Position numbers and translations under genes: made by a program. DNA of 64,000 nt from an uncultured delta proteobacterium (GTDB lineage Bacteria; Desulfobacterota; Binatia; UBA9968): assembly GCA_963737905.1 (NCBI GenBank), contig CAVTUQ010000002.1:32001-96000 (forward strand). Direction: 5' to 3'. Shown here in pieces: positions 47,295 through 55,783 of this stretch (positions are counted from its first letter, which is position 1; each line of letters opens with the position of its first letter). Below the pieces are notes generated by a model. That model made no database searches. It was not told the origin of the DNA and saw nothing but the letters and a program-made list of their open reading frames with translations.

Positions 47295-47984
47295 ATGAAA
47301 TCAACCCGCCAACTTAAAAAAGACATTATCAGCGCGTGTCGCGTCCTCTCTCACCAGAAACTGGTCCAAGGTTTTGGCCATGTCAGCGCGCGCATTCTTA
47401 ATTCGGATCTCTTCCTGATAACGCCCCGGATTGGCCTCGCTTTGGTCACGGAGAACGAACTTCTAACCGTGAATTTCAACGGAGAAGTGGTCGAAGGCTG
47501 CCACCCGGCTCCTTCCGAAACTTGGCTCCATACGGCCATAATGAAGGCTAAACCCGGAATCAATGCGATCACACGGATTCACGGGCGGGTCGCCAATATG
47601 TTTTCGGTCACGGACAGGAAACTCGAGCCGGTGCACAACCATGGGAGTTTTTTCGCCGGCGGCGTCCCCGTATTCTATCAGCCGGATCTCATCACCACCC
47701 AGAAACTGGGTGAGGAAGTCGTGCAAGCACTCGGCGACGGCCCCGCAGTGTTGCTAAGAGGAAATGGCCAGGTAACCGTAGGGCGAACCATTCCTGAAGC
47801 AGTCATGATGGCAATTTATCTGGAGGAAGCCGCTCGGATTCTTTACGGGGCTCTTCAAATAGGCACACCCATCCCGCTGACGTCTGACGAATCGGCCAAG
47901 CGTCAGGTGGAAGCGCTCCCGCCGGTGGATATGGAACGGGCATGGAATTACTTCAAGAAGCGCGCTGAGCTACACAACGGTTAG
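47295..47984 (+). CDS. Class II aldolase/adducin family protein
   Basis: FGHVSAR, PSETWLHTAI, LLRGNG, LEEAA; AAGGAG RBS. Confidence 0.88.
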   Translation: MKSTRQLKKDIISACRVLSHQKLVQGFGHVSARILNSDLFLITPRIGLALVTENELLTVNFNGEVVEGCHPAPSETWLHTAIMKAKPGINAITRIHGRVANMFSVTDRKLEPVHNHGSFFAGGVPVFYQPDLITTQKLGEEVVQALGDGPAVLLRGNGQVTVGRTIPEAVMMAIYLEEAARILYGALQIGTPIPLTSDESAKRQVEALPPVDMERAWNYFKKRAELHNG

Positions 47985-48010
47985 CCCGTTCCTCGCTGGA
48001 GATCAATGCC

Positions 48011-48060
48011 AAAAAAAAGCACGGCACCCATTTAGGTGCCGTGCTAGCTGATATTTTTTT
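48011..48060 (-). terminator. Intrinsic terminator (possibly bidirectional) ending the bc operon
   Basis: AGCACGGCACC / GGTGCCGTGCT 11-bp stem with an A-run on the left and a T7 run shortly to the right. Confidence 0.85.
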
Positions 48061-48070
48061 TCGCTGAGTT

Positions 48071-48784
48071 TTACTTACCCGCCATTTCAAAGTTCACTTT
48101 TGTGTCTTCCTTCGCTTTTACCGTGACCTTCTGTGTCGTTTTGCCAAGTTTCTGCTGCCAAACTTCAACCGTATAGGTTCCCGGCGGCACATCGGTCAAT
48201 TTAAAGGTTCCCGAATTATCCGTCACTGCAAAATACGGATTGGCGGTGGCAACCAGCCAACCTTCCATCCAGCCGTGAACATCGCATCTCACTTCGATGG
48301 TCTCGGGCTTATCGATCTTAACATCCATGGTTTTTTTGAACTTCGGCTGAGCCATATTAAAAGCAGTGTTCACCTTGCTAAAGGAGTGGATATTGTGCAG
48401 AATCCCGTCCGGATTCACGATCGTGACTGTTGAACCGGCGGGAAAAGCCAAAACGTGGGGATGGTAACGGCAGCCTTGCTGATCCAAGGTAACTTTTCCC
48501 ACTTCCATTTTTTTCCCTTTGGAAATGTCGGTGATTGTAACAACGGCATTGACAAGATTGCCGTTCGATACAACAAGGGATTCATCGGTTAGGGGCGTTT
48601 TGCCGCAAACTTCCTTGTCTTTGCTCGCATCTAGTTTTTTGGGCACTGGCGCAGTACCCTTGAATTTGACGGTTCCGGAAATAGTCCCACCGTCTTTCAC
48701 GTCGCCGCCTTCATAAGCCGCCATGCCACTGACCGGCAGGGCGATCAAAACGGCAGCCAAAACCATTGAACTCAGTTTATTCAT
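48071..48784 (-). CDS. Secreted cupredoxin-like protein with carboxypeptidase-regulatory-like beta-sandwich
   Basis: Signal peptide; HNIHS ... CDVHGWM type-1-copper-like ligand set; TDNSGTFKLTDVPPGTY. Confidence 0.78.
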   Translation of the reverse strand: MNKLSSMVLAAVLIALPVSGMAAYEGGDVKDGGTISGTVKFKGTAPVPKKLDASKDKEVCGKTPLTDESLVVSNGNLVNAVVTITDISKGKKMEVGKVTLDQQGCRYHPHVLAFPAGSTVTIVNPDGILHNIHSFSKVNTAFNMAQPKFKKTMDVKIDKPETIEVRCDVHGWMEGWLVATANPYFAVTDNSGTFKLTDVPPGTYTVEVWQQKLGKTTQKVTVKAKEDTKVNFEMAGK

Positions 48785-48843
48785 AATGCCTCCTTCAAAC
48801 TACAATAACGTTTAACTGTTGGACGTTCAATAACATTTGCCAT

Positions 48844-51558
48844 TCATCGACCCGCAACTTTGGCTTTCACCGCCGGAACGCGAGGAGCGGGAGAAACGGA
48901 GACAGTGGCGGCGCTGTGGCCGAGGCTCATGATGTAATCACGCAGAGCTTCGATTTGTAGATCCTCTTTGCCGCCGAGGATATCGTCCGGCCCACCGGGA
49001 TAGAACGATGGCATCTTCGTTCCGGGTTGAACTTTTTGCGGATCGTGCAGCCATTTGATGATCCAATCCGGACGCAACCGCTGCCGTGCCAATGTCAGAT
49101 CGGGCGCCCAGCCCTCTTCCGGACCCTCGGGTTTCTTTTCACCTTGCTGATGGCAGCTAAAACAGTTGAAATAATCTTTGGATACCAGTTTACGCCCCGC
49201 GTCAAGAAATTCTGGTGGGACATTGGCCTCGTTAAAATAGGTGAAGGGGTTATCCACTCTCGAAAGGCCATTGAAGAAAGCGACCAACGTGTGGTCTTCC
49301 TGGTCCGAAACGCCGAAGGTCGGCATCCTCAACTTGAGCCATGGACGAATCGGAACAGGCCCTTTAAGAAAAGCGAACAACCATGGCGACTGCACCTTCT
49401 CTCCCTCGCCGTTGAGAATGGGCGGCGCGAGCGTCGGGGTCTCCTGATAGTATTTTCGAATGAACCCACCCCGTCCTTCGATTTCATGACAACCAATGCA
49501 ATTGTACTGGTGCATCAGGCGGCGCCCCTCGACAATCTGAACGGTCCTGGCGCTGTGATCCGCCAGATAACGAGTGGGAATCTTTCGATCGCGGAAACCG
49601 GCGAGAACAACGCGCAAGGCCCTGATGTCAGAGTCCGCCAAATCGAACTGCGGCATCAACTGCTCAACACGTTCGGTCGCGTAAGTTCGGGGTGTTTTAA
49701 GTTTGTTGTAAGTCCAGGCGTCCCAAGTTTCAGGGATATCCGTGTGGTTCCCGAAGAAAAGCTCTTCAACGGTCTTGCTACCAAAAGTAGTGAGCTCGAC
49801 GCCGATGCGGGATTCTTTTTCCATTCCCGGGATGTCGTGACAACCGAAGCAGCCATACTTGCGAATCAGGGATTGGCCGCGAGCAATGTTTTGTTGGTCC
49901 TGCAACCGCCCGTCAATATTCGCGATGGGATCCGATTTGCTTCCCAGGGTCGAGAGATAAGCCGTGATCGCCAACGCTTCCTGATCGCCCAGCCGTAGGC
50001 TCGGCATACGGGTTTCGGCGAAATAACCGCGCGGGTTCTTGATCCAGTGGTAAATCCACTGGGGACCGACTTTTGCGGCAATGTTTTGGAGATTAGGAAC
50101 GACATCCTTCGCCTGACCGAGCACGGTGGAAAACTCACCGTTGGCGAATCCGTGACAGCCCTTGCACCCGATGGTTTCAGTCAGCTGCTTACCCTGATCA
50201 ATGAGAGTTTTGTCGCCCTCTCGAAGGCCTGAAGGCATCGGATTATCCTGCAGCCACTTCTCCCCCTCTTGCTTTGAAACCGACCAGAGATAAGACGCAA
50301 TCGCGACCGCTTCATCCTCCCTGAAAGCAAAGTTCGGCATGCGGGTGCGCGGGCGAAAACGATGCGGGTTCTCGATCCAATGGACCATCCAGCTTGGATC
50401 GACTTTGGCGCTGATTCGCCTCAGGCTCGGGCCGATTTTGGGAATATCTTCGTATCCCTTGGCCAAGTGGCAACCCGTGCAGCCGACCTGCTCGAACAAC
50501 CGCTGTCCATCGGCCAGAAGCGCAGCATCCTTAAGCGGCTGCACGTCCAAGTGACAAGAGACGCAGCTGCTCTGGACCTTGGCGCCGCGCAGAAGCGGCG
50601 TCTCCCAATAAGGGACCTCGCCATGTGCCTGGTTGACGCTGTTGATGGCGGGTCCTTGGCCTTCGTGACAGGAAGTACAGCCAAACTTCTCCGGCGGATG
50701 CGCGTTATCCGCAAACAACACCTCGCGGTTCGGATGAGTGCGAAAAGGGTTCGGCTCTTTTTCAAAGCCCGGCCGGTTGATGCCAACGTGACAGCTCTGA
50801 CAGCGGTCCACACGCGCGACGGGCTCATCGAAATTGTTGCGCTCGAACTCGGGCAAGGACACTTGCTTGATGCTGGGGATCTTATAAAAGGAGAGAACCT
50901 TGAACTCGTTGATTTTGACGCTCGACCTGGCGTTGTCCATGACACGGATCCACTTGTCTCGTTCCGCCGTCATTTTCGCACGCTGTTCCTCGAGCTGTTT
51001 GACGCTGCCGTTGATTTTTTCGATTTCCTCTTTCAGCTGGTCACGCTTCTGCCGTGCCGTGTCGAGTTGAGGGTCCAATTTCGCCTTCGCCTTGTTGAGC
51101 TCGTCGATTTGCGCCAAAGCCGCCTTCGGGTTGCCTCCGGTCTGGACCGCATGATCGTGCTCATACCAGGCCTCTTCCAACTCGCTCTTGAGAAATTTGA
51201 TTTCCTGATCCAGCTCAGTGAATCGAACCTGGACTCCTGTCTCTTCCTGGCTTAGAGGCGCAAGCTTGTTCCTTAGCTCCCCTGTGGCCAGGCTATTCTC
51301 CGTAGCCGCAATTTTCTTGTTGAGATCTTGATAAGCCGGGTCGGCCTGAAGCTTTTTGTCCTCTGCATTGTATGCTGCCTGAGCTTTTTGATAATCGAGC
51401 CGGTAGAACTGCGTCTGGAAACGTTTCCATGGACGTCGGGTGATGTTGTCATCCCAGAACGACCAGAAGGTGAGAACCACCAGCAGGGCACTGCCAAGGA
51501 CAAAGACACTGCCGTAGGACTTTTTTTCTTCGCGCTCGTCTACACCTCTAACCGCCAT
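48844..51558 (-). CDS. Membrane-anchored octaheme cytochrome c with coiled-coil stalk
   Basis: N-terminal TM, long coiled coil, eight CxxCH motifs (CQSCH, CTSCH, CVSCH, CTGCH, CKGCH, CFGCH, CIGCH, CFSCH). Confidence 0.92.
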   Translation of the reverse strand: MAVRGVDEREEKKSYGSVFVLGSALLVVLTFWSFWDDNITRRPWKRFQTQFYRLDYQKAQAAYNAEDKKLQADPAYQDLNKKIAATENSLATGELRNKLAPLSQEETGVQVRFTELDQEIKFLKSELEEAWYEHDHAVQTGGNPKAALAQIDELNKAKAKLDPQLDTARQKRDQLKEEIEKINGSVKQLEEQRAKMTAERDKWIRVMDNARSSVKINEFKVLSFYKIPSIKQVSLPEFERNNFDEPVARVDRCQSCHVGINRPGFEKEPNPFRTHPNREVLFADNAHPPEKFGCTSCHEGQGPAINSVNQAHGEVPYWETPLLRGAKVQSSCVSCHLDVQPLKDAALLADGQRLFEQVGCTGCHLAKGYEDIPKIGPSLRRISAKVDPSWMVHWIENPHRFRPRTRMPNFAFREDEAVAIASYLWSVSKQEGEKWLQDNPMPSGLREGDKTLIDQGKQLTETIGCKGCHGFANGEFSTVLGQAKDVVPNLQNIAAKVGPQWIYHWIKNPRGYFAETRMPSLRLGDQEALAITAYLSTLGSKSDPIANIDGRLQDQQNIARGQSLIRKYGCFGCHDIPGMEKESRIGVELTTFGSKTVEELFFGNHTDIPETWDAWTYNKLKTPRTYATERVEQLMPQFDLADSDIRALRVVLAGFRDRKIPTRYLADHSARTVQIVEGRRLMHQYNCIGCHEIEGRGGFIRKYYQETPTLAPPILNGEGEKVQSPWLFAFLKGPVPIRPWLKLRMPTFGVSDQEDHTLVAFFNGLSRVDNPFTYFNEANVPPEFLDAGRKLVSKDYFNCFSCHQQGEKKPEGPEEGWAPDLTLARQRLRPDWIIKWLHDPQKVQPGTKMPSFYPGGPDDILGGKEDLQIEALRDYIMSLGHSAATVSVSPAPRVPAVKAKVAGR

Positions 51559-51567
51559 CCGCGCCTC

Positions 51568-51732
51568 TCAGGTTTTGTTTTCCAGCGTTCGACCCAGGGA
51601 AAAGACCCCGACACCGATCAAAGTCAACACGATCTCCTCTGCCATCGACGCATGCTGCACCACGCCGGCATAAAGGGCGTAACCCACGTCAGCAACACCG
51701 ATCGCTTGGAAAATCTTAGCGAGGTAGAACAT
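51568..51732 (-). CDS. 54-aa two-TM membrane protein
   Basis: MFYLAKIFQAIGVADVGYALYAGVVQHASMAEEIVLTLIGVGVFSLGRTLENKT; TGATG overlap with the upstream stop. Confidence 0.72.
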   Translation of the reverse strand: MFYLAKIFQAIGVADVGYALYAGVVQHASMAEEIVLTLIGVGVFSLGRTLENKT

Positions 51733-52505
51733 CAGATGTTCAGCCACGGTGTGACCATGATGTACTTCACGTTGAAGGCCAGGCGCAAGAATATCTTGAC
51801 GGGAAGAGACGCCATCGTGACGAAAAGAAAAGCGGTAATGGCAAAACGCACAGGACCCCAACGCTGCATGAACTCCCTTCCCTTGACGCGGATGACCCAT
51901 GCGTAGAAGAGCCAAATCGCTACGACAAAATACGCCCCGATACAAATGAGTCCAAACACCGCCGACCATACGTAGTTGCGGAAGCCGACGAGGTAGGGCA
52001 AATCGACGTTGGTTAATGCCACGACTTTATGCGGGTCCCAATGTTGCCACGGCCAAAACAGGTTCCACCCAGGGCCGCGGAAAAAAGTTCCGATGATGAT
52101 CATACTGACCCACAGCACGTGGAAGCCCAGAAAGAAAGTCAAGATCTCGTATTTCCTGTCTTTGAAGCAGAAATAGCCGTTTCCTTTAGGGTTGATGTCG
52201 ATAAAAGGGATCACCATGAGGCCGACGATAATCAGGCTGGGCATCACCACGCCAGCGTTCCACGGATCAAAATAGACCAGCATTTCCTGCAATCCAAGAA
52301 AGTACCAGGGGGCCTTCGACGGATTGGGAGTGCGCGTGGGATTCGCCGGCGCTTCTAAAGGCGCGTCGATCAACAAGGCCCAGAGAATCAGGACGATCAT
52401 GACGAACATCGCGCACAGAAACTCGTTGCGCACGAGATTGGGCCACGTGTAAATCTTATCGTCGACCGGTAGAACCCTTTTCTTCGCTTCAGTGACCTCA
52501 GCCAT
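51732..52505 (-). CDS. Cytochrome b C-terminal (subunit IV / PetD-like)
   Basis: TWPNL, PLEAPANPTRTPNPSKAPWYFLG, PFID. Confidence 0.88.
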   Translation of the reverse strand: MAEVTEAKKRVLPVDDKIYTWPNLVRNEFLCAMFVMIVLILWALLIDAPLEAPANPTRTPNPSKAPWYFLGLQEMLVYFDPWNAGVVMPSLIIVGLMVIPFIDINPKGNGYFCFKDRKYEILTFFLGFHVLWVSMIIIGTFFRGPGWNLFWPWQHWDPHKVVALTNVDLPYLVGFRNYVWSAVFGLICIGAYFVVAIWLFYAWVIRVKGREFMQRWGPVRFAITAFLFVTMASLPVKIFLRLAFNVKYIMVTPWLNI

Positions 52506-52548
52506 CTTGATCCCTTCTTAATCCTCTCAAAACTTCGAAATCTTTTCT

Positions 52549-53325
52549 TTATAGTGACGGACCCGAGAAGCCATCGCGGCGAATGCGCCAGAAGTGCACC
52601 GCCATGAGAACGCTCGCGACCAGGGGGATAAAAATACAGTGGAGGATATAAAAGCGCAGTAATGTATGCGGACCGATCTCACCGCCACCGAACAAGAAAG
52701 CCCTCGCATCGTAGATGGGATTGGCGCCGACGAACTCCGCAAAGGGTCCCTCGTTTCCAAGCAAAGGAGTCGCGCGAGCCATATTGGAGCCAACCGTGAC
52801 CGCCCAGATGGAGAGTTGGTCCCACGGCAAGAGATACCCCGTGAAGCTCAGCAGCAGGGTGAGCACGAGAAGCAAAACACCGACGACCCAATTGAATTCC
52901 CTCGGCGGTTTGTACGAGCCGGTGAGGAAAACGCGGAACATATGCAGCCACACAAAAACGATCATGGCGTGAGCGGACCAGCGATGCATGTTGCGCATCA
53001 GCATCCCGAAGGGCATGTCGAACTCCAGATATTTCATGTCGGCGTAAGCGTACTCGGCGACCGGCCGGTAATAAAACATCAAGTAAATGCCGGTGACCAC
53101 GGTAACCAGGAACATCAGGAAAGTCAGCCCGCCCATACACCAGGTAAAGCGCATTCGGACGGCATGGCGCCTGACCTTGGCGGGGTGCAGGTGCAGGAAA
53201 ACATTGGCCGTAACCATCATGACGCGATTCCGCGGCGTGTCCTCGTAGCCGTGGCGGAAAATCGCCCTCCAAACGTGGCTCTCGACAATATCCCGCTTAA
53301 TGTCTTCCCACTTCTTTGAACTCAT
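52549..53325 (-). CDS. Cytochrome b N-terminal (cytochrome b6 / PetB-like)
   Basis: WCMGG, RNMHRWSAH..WLHMFRVF, TGYLLPWDQ, RFYILHC..VHF. Confidence 0.93.
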   Translation of the reverse strand: MSSKKWEDIKRDIVESHVWRAIFRHGYEDTPRNRVMMVTANVFLHLHPAKVRRHAVRMRFTWCMGGLTFLMFLVTVVTGIYLMFYYRPVAEYAYADMKYLEFDMPFGMLMRNMHRWSAHAMIVFVWLHMFRVFLTGSYKPPREFNWVVGVLLLVLTLLLSFTGYLLPWDQLSIWAVTVGSNMARATPLLGNEGPFAEFVGANPIYDARAFLFGGGEIGPHTLLRFYILHCIFIPLVASVLMAVHFWRIRRDGFSGPSL

Positions 53326-53338
53326 AGGATCTTTCCCA

Positions 53339-53863
53339 TCAAACTTTCAGGATACTCTGGGGAAATTGTTCATCGGGTTCGACCCCCGGTTGCATTTTGA
53401 AAACCGTGCTCTTGTCCACGACCAATTGACCGCTCTCGCTGACGTCAACCTTGAATCGGTCCATCGGTCTGGGTGCGGGACCTTCGAAATTGAGTCCGCT
53501 CCTATAATACCCGCTGCCGTGACAAGGGCACTTGAACTTATCCTCGGCGGCGAGCCACCGCGGAGTACAACCCAAGTGGGTGCACTTTGCGAAGATCGCG
53601 TAGATGCCTTCCTTCTCGCGTATAATCCAGACCCGTTGCTCGGCCATGAATTTGTCGCTTACCTCGCCGACCGAAAAGTCACTAGCGTTACCGGCCTTAA
53701 AAGTTGACGACGGTTGAAACAGCACCCGCGGGAACGCGGAACGGACAAAACCGAGTAAAATGCCTACGCCGAAAAGTCCGAAGCTACCCCAGCCAAGCCG
53801 AGTAAAAAAATCTCTTCGCGACCAGATACCGCTTTTTTGTTTCTCTTGTTCCGCCATAACCAT
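53339..53863 (-). CDS. Rieske 2Fe-2S subunit
   Basis: Tat-like SRRDFF, CTHLGC, CPCHGS, GPAPRP. Confidence 0.95.
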   Translation of the reverse strand: MVMAEQEKQKSGIWSRRDFFTRLGWGSFGLFGVGILLGFVRSAFPRVLFQPSSTFKAGNASDFSVGEVSDKFMAEQRVWIIREKEGIYAIFAKCTHLGCTPRWLAAEDKFKCPCHGSGYYRSGLNFEGPAPRPMDRFKVDVSESGQLVVDKSTVFKMQPGVEPDEQFPQSILKV

Positions 53864-54211
53864 CTACCTTTTTAACCAGCTGATGAGGCCTCCCCAAACT
53901 ACAAAGATGACCCCACCTAACATCAAAACTAAACCTACCGGGCCAACGATAAATGACAAACCGGCTCCCAAAACAAATATTAGAACTCCTGTTCCCAGGG
54001 GATTGAATGGGGCCGGAGTCGATCCCCCCGCGCTCTCTTCACCCTCGGCCTTGTGGATCAACTCCTCGCGGATGAGGGCAAACGCCAACTCTTTAAGATC
54101 TTCCCGCCGCTCAGGGTCGGCGCCCTGGATGAGACGGCCAATCTCTTGAGCTAACCCCTCGATCTCTTGTTCACGCGCTTGCGACGCGCCATTGGGAGGA
54201 TCAGATGTCAC
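53864..54211 (-). CDS. Hypothetical protein with C-terminal TM hairpin, first gene of the bc operon
   Basis: Stop abuts the Rieske start; acidic helical N-terminus and two TM segments. Confidence 0.7.
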   Translation of the reverse strand: MTSDPPNGASQAREQEIEGLAQEIGRLIQGADPERREDLKELAFALIREELIHKAEGEESAGGSTPAPFNPLGTGVLIFVLGAGLSFIVGPVGLVLMLGGVIFVVWGGLISWLKR

Positions 54212-54279
54212 TTCAGATTAGAATGATTGACTAATATAGAAACGATTTATTGTCAACCTTTTCACGGTGTAGCAATCCT

Positions 54280-54762
54280 TTATGTCCGCAACAAAACGAC
54301 CGCAGTTGCGGCCATTCCTCTACCTTGGCCCAACCATCCAAGCTTCTCGGTAGTCGTCGCCTTGATACTGATCTTGTTTTCCGCCACTCCAAATCGGCCG
54401 GCTATATTTTTTTTCATGGCAGCATAATAAGGCGCCAGTTTGGGTTGCTGTGTTACAAGAGTAACATCCACATTGACCAGTTTAAAGCGCCTGCGCCGCA
54501 TGATGCGCAAGACTGTATCCAGCATTTCTGTGCTGGCGATTCCCTTGTATCGTGCATCTGTATCCGGGAAATGCATTCCGATATCGCCCTCGGACATCGC
54601 GCCGAGAACAGCATTGATCACGGCATGGCACAGCACGTCCGCGTCCGAGTGACCCGCAAGACCCATCCGATACGGAATCTCCACGCCCCCGAGAATAAGC
54701 TTTCTCCCGCGACGAAATCGATGAACGTCGAAACCATGTCCTACGCGAAATTCTCGAGCCAT
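54280..54762 (-). CDS. ispF: 2-C-methyl-D-erythritol 2,4-cyclodiphosphate synthase
   Basis: RVGHGFDVH, GHSDADV, GDIG.HFPD, KATTTEKLG. Confidence 0.96.
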   Translation of the reverse strand: MAREFRVGHGFDVHRFRRGRKLILGGVEIPYRMGLAGHSDADVLCHAVINAVLGAMSEGDIGMHFPDTDARYKGIASTEMLDTVLRIMRRRRFKLVNVDVTLVTQQPKLAPYYAAMKKNIAGRFGVAENKISIKATTTEKLGWLGQGRGMAATAVVLLRT

Positions 54763-55031
54763 TTTACAAAAACCGGGGTTCAGCTTCCAGTGAGTCCGGA
54801 TGCTTTACTAGATTCTCCGTTCCTGCCTAGTCCAAGCATATTTCATGGGGTTTTTAGAGTGGGCATGCTTTTCTATGTGTCTTGACAAACGGCTTGTCCG
54901 ACGTTAGCACAGTGGCATCATCACTTGATTCGAAGGAACAATCAAGAATGCCGTGAATGACTTTCGCAACTCGGCTACCTGGAGTTGGACTTATCCCTGG
55001 GCTATAGTCTCCGTGAAGTAGGAGAATCCAG

Positions 55032-55775
55032 TTGACTCGAATGTTTCTGCTGTTTCCACTCTTTCTCGTAGCGATACCTTTGTTCATGGTCGTTTCCGGC
55101 CAAGCACAGTTGGGAAGGGATTACCGCCGAGCGGACCGCTCCAGCGCGGGCATCGCACCCCCCGCTGAAACGACCCCTGAAGCCGTGGTTCAGGTCTACG
55201 CCGCCCGCGCCCTAAACTGGCGCGGCATTTTCGGCGTGCACACCTGGATCGCCACCAAACCTGAGAATGCGACCGAGTATACATTGCATCAGGTGATCGG
55301 GTGGCGCACATTTCGCGGTCTACCCGCCGTAGTTTCCGCCCCTGGCATTCCGGACGGTAGGTGGTTCGGCAATGAACCGGAGCTTATCTGTGAACTGCGT
55401 GGCGAGGCCGCCGCGAAAGCCATTCCGAAGATCATCGAAGCGGTTGCGAGTTATCCCTACCCGAGCCAATACACGCTTTGGCCCGGCCCCAATAGCAATA
55501 CCTTTACCGCCTATGTCGGACGACAGGTTCCAGAGTTGAGACTGGACCTTCCAACTACGGCCATCGGCAAAGACTACCCGATCAATGGTTCGCTGGTGGA
55601 TCGCACGCCCAGCGGGACCGGATATCAATTTTCGATGCTCGGCGTTCTCGGTCTAACCTTGGCGCGCGAGGAAGGCATTGAGCTAAATCTACTGGGGTTG
55701 AGCTTCGGCGTCGACTTTGCTCGGCCCGCTCTTAAACTTCCCTTCATCGGCAGGCTTGGTGTCAGCCAGAACTAA
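55032..55775 (+). CDS. DUF3750 family protein
   Basis: SSAGIAP..EAVVQVYAAR..WRGIFGVHTW, WPGPNSNTF, LPTTAIGKDY. Confidence 0.88.
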   Translation: MTRMFLLFPLFLVAIPLFMVVSGQAQLGRDYRRADRSSAGIAPPAETTPEAVVQVYAARALNWRGIFGVHTWIATKPENATEYTLHQVIGWRTFRGLPAVVSAPGIPDGRWFGNEPELICELRGEAAAKAIPKIIEAVASYPYPSQYTLWPGPNSNTFTAYVGRQVPELRLDLPTTAIGKDYPINGSLVDRTPSGTGYQFSMLGVLGLTLAREEGIELNLLGLSFGVDFARPALKLPFIGRLGVSQN

Positions 55776-55783
55776 CCTCAAAC

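Noticed and set aside
51733-51969. N-terminal extension of the 133-aa ORF
   Set aside because: It overlaps subunit IV; the likely true start is the ATG at 51732 in a TGATG junction.
54227-54256. TTGAC-N20-GTCAA as an FNR/CRP-type site for the bc operon
   Set aside because: The spacing does not fit TTGAT-N4-ATCAA; more likely a -35 element plus chance symmetry.
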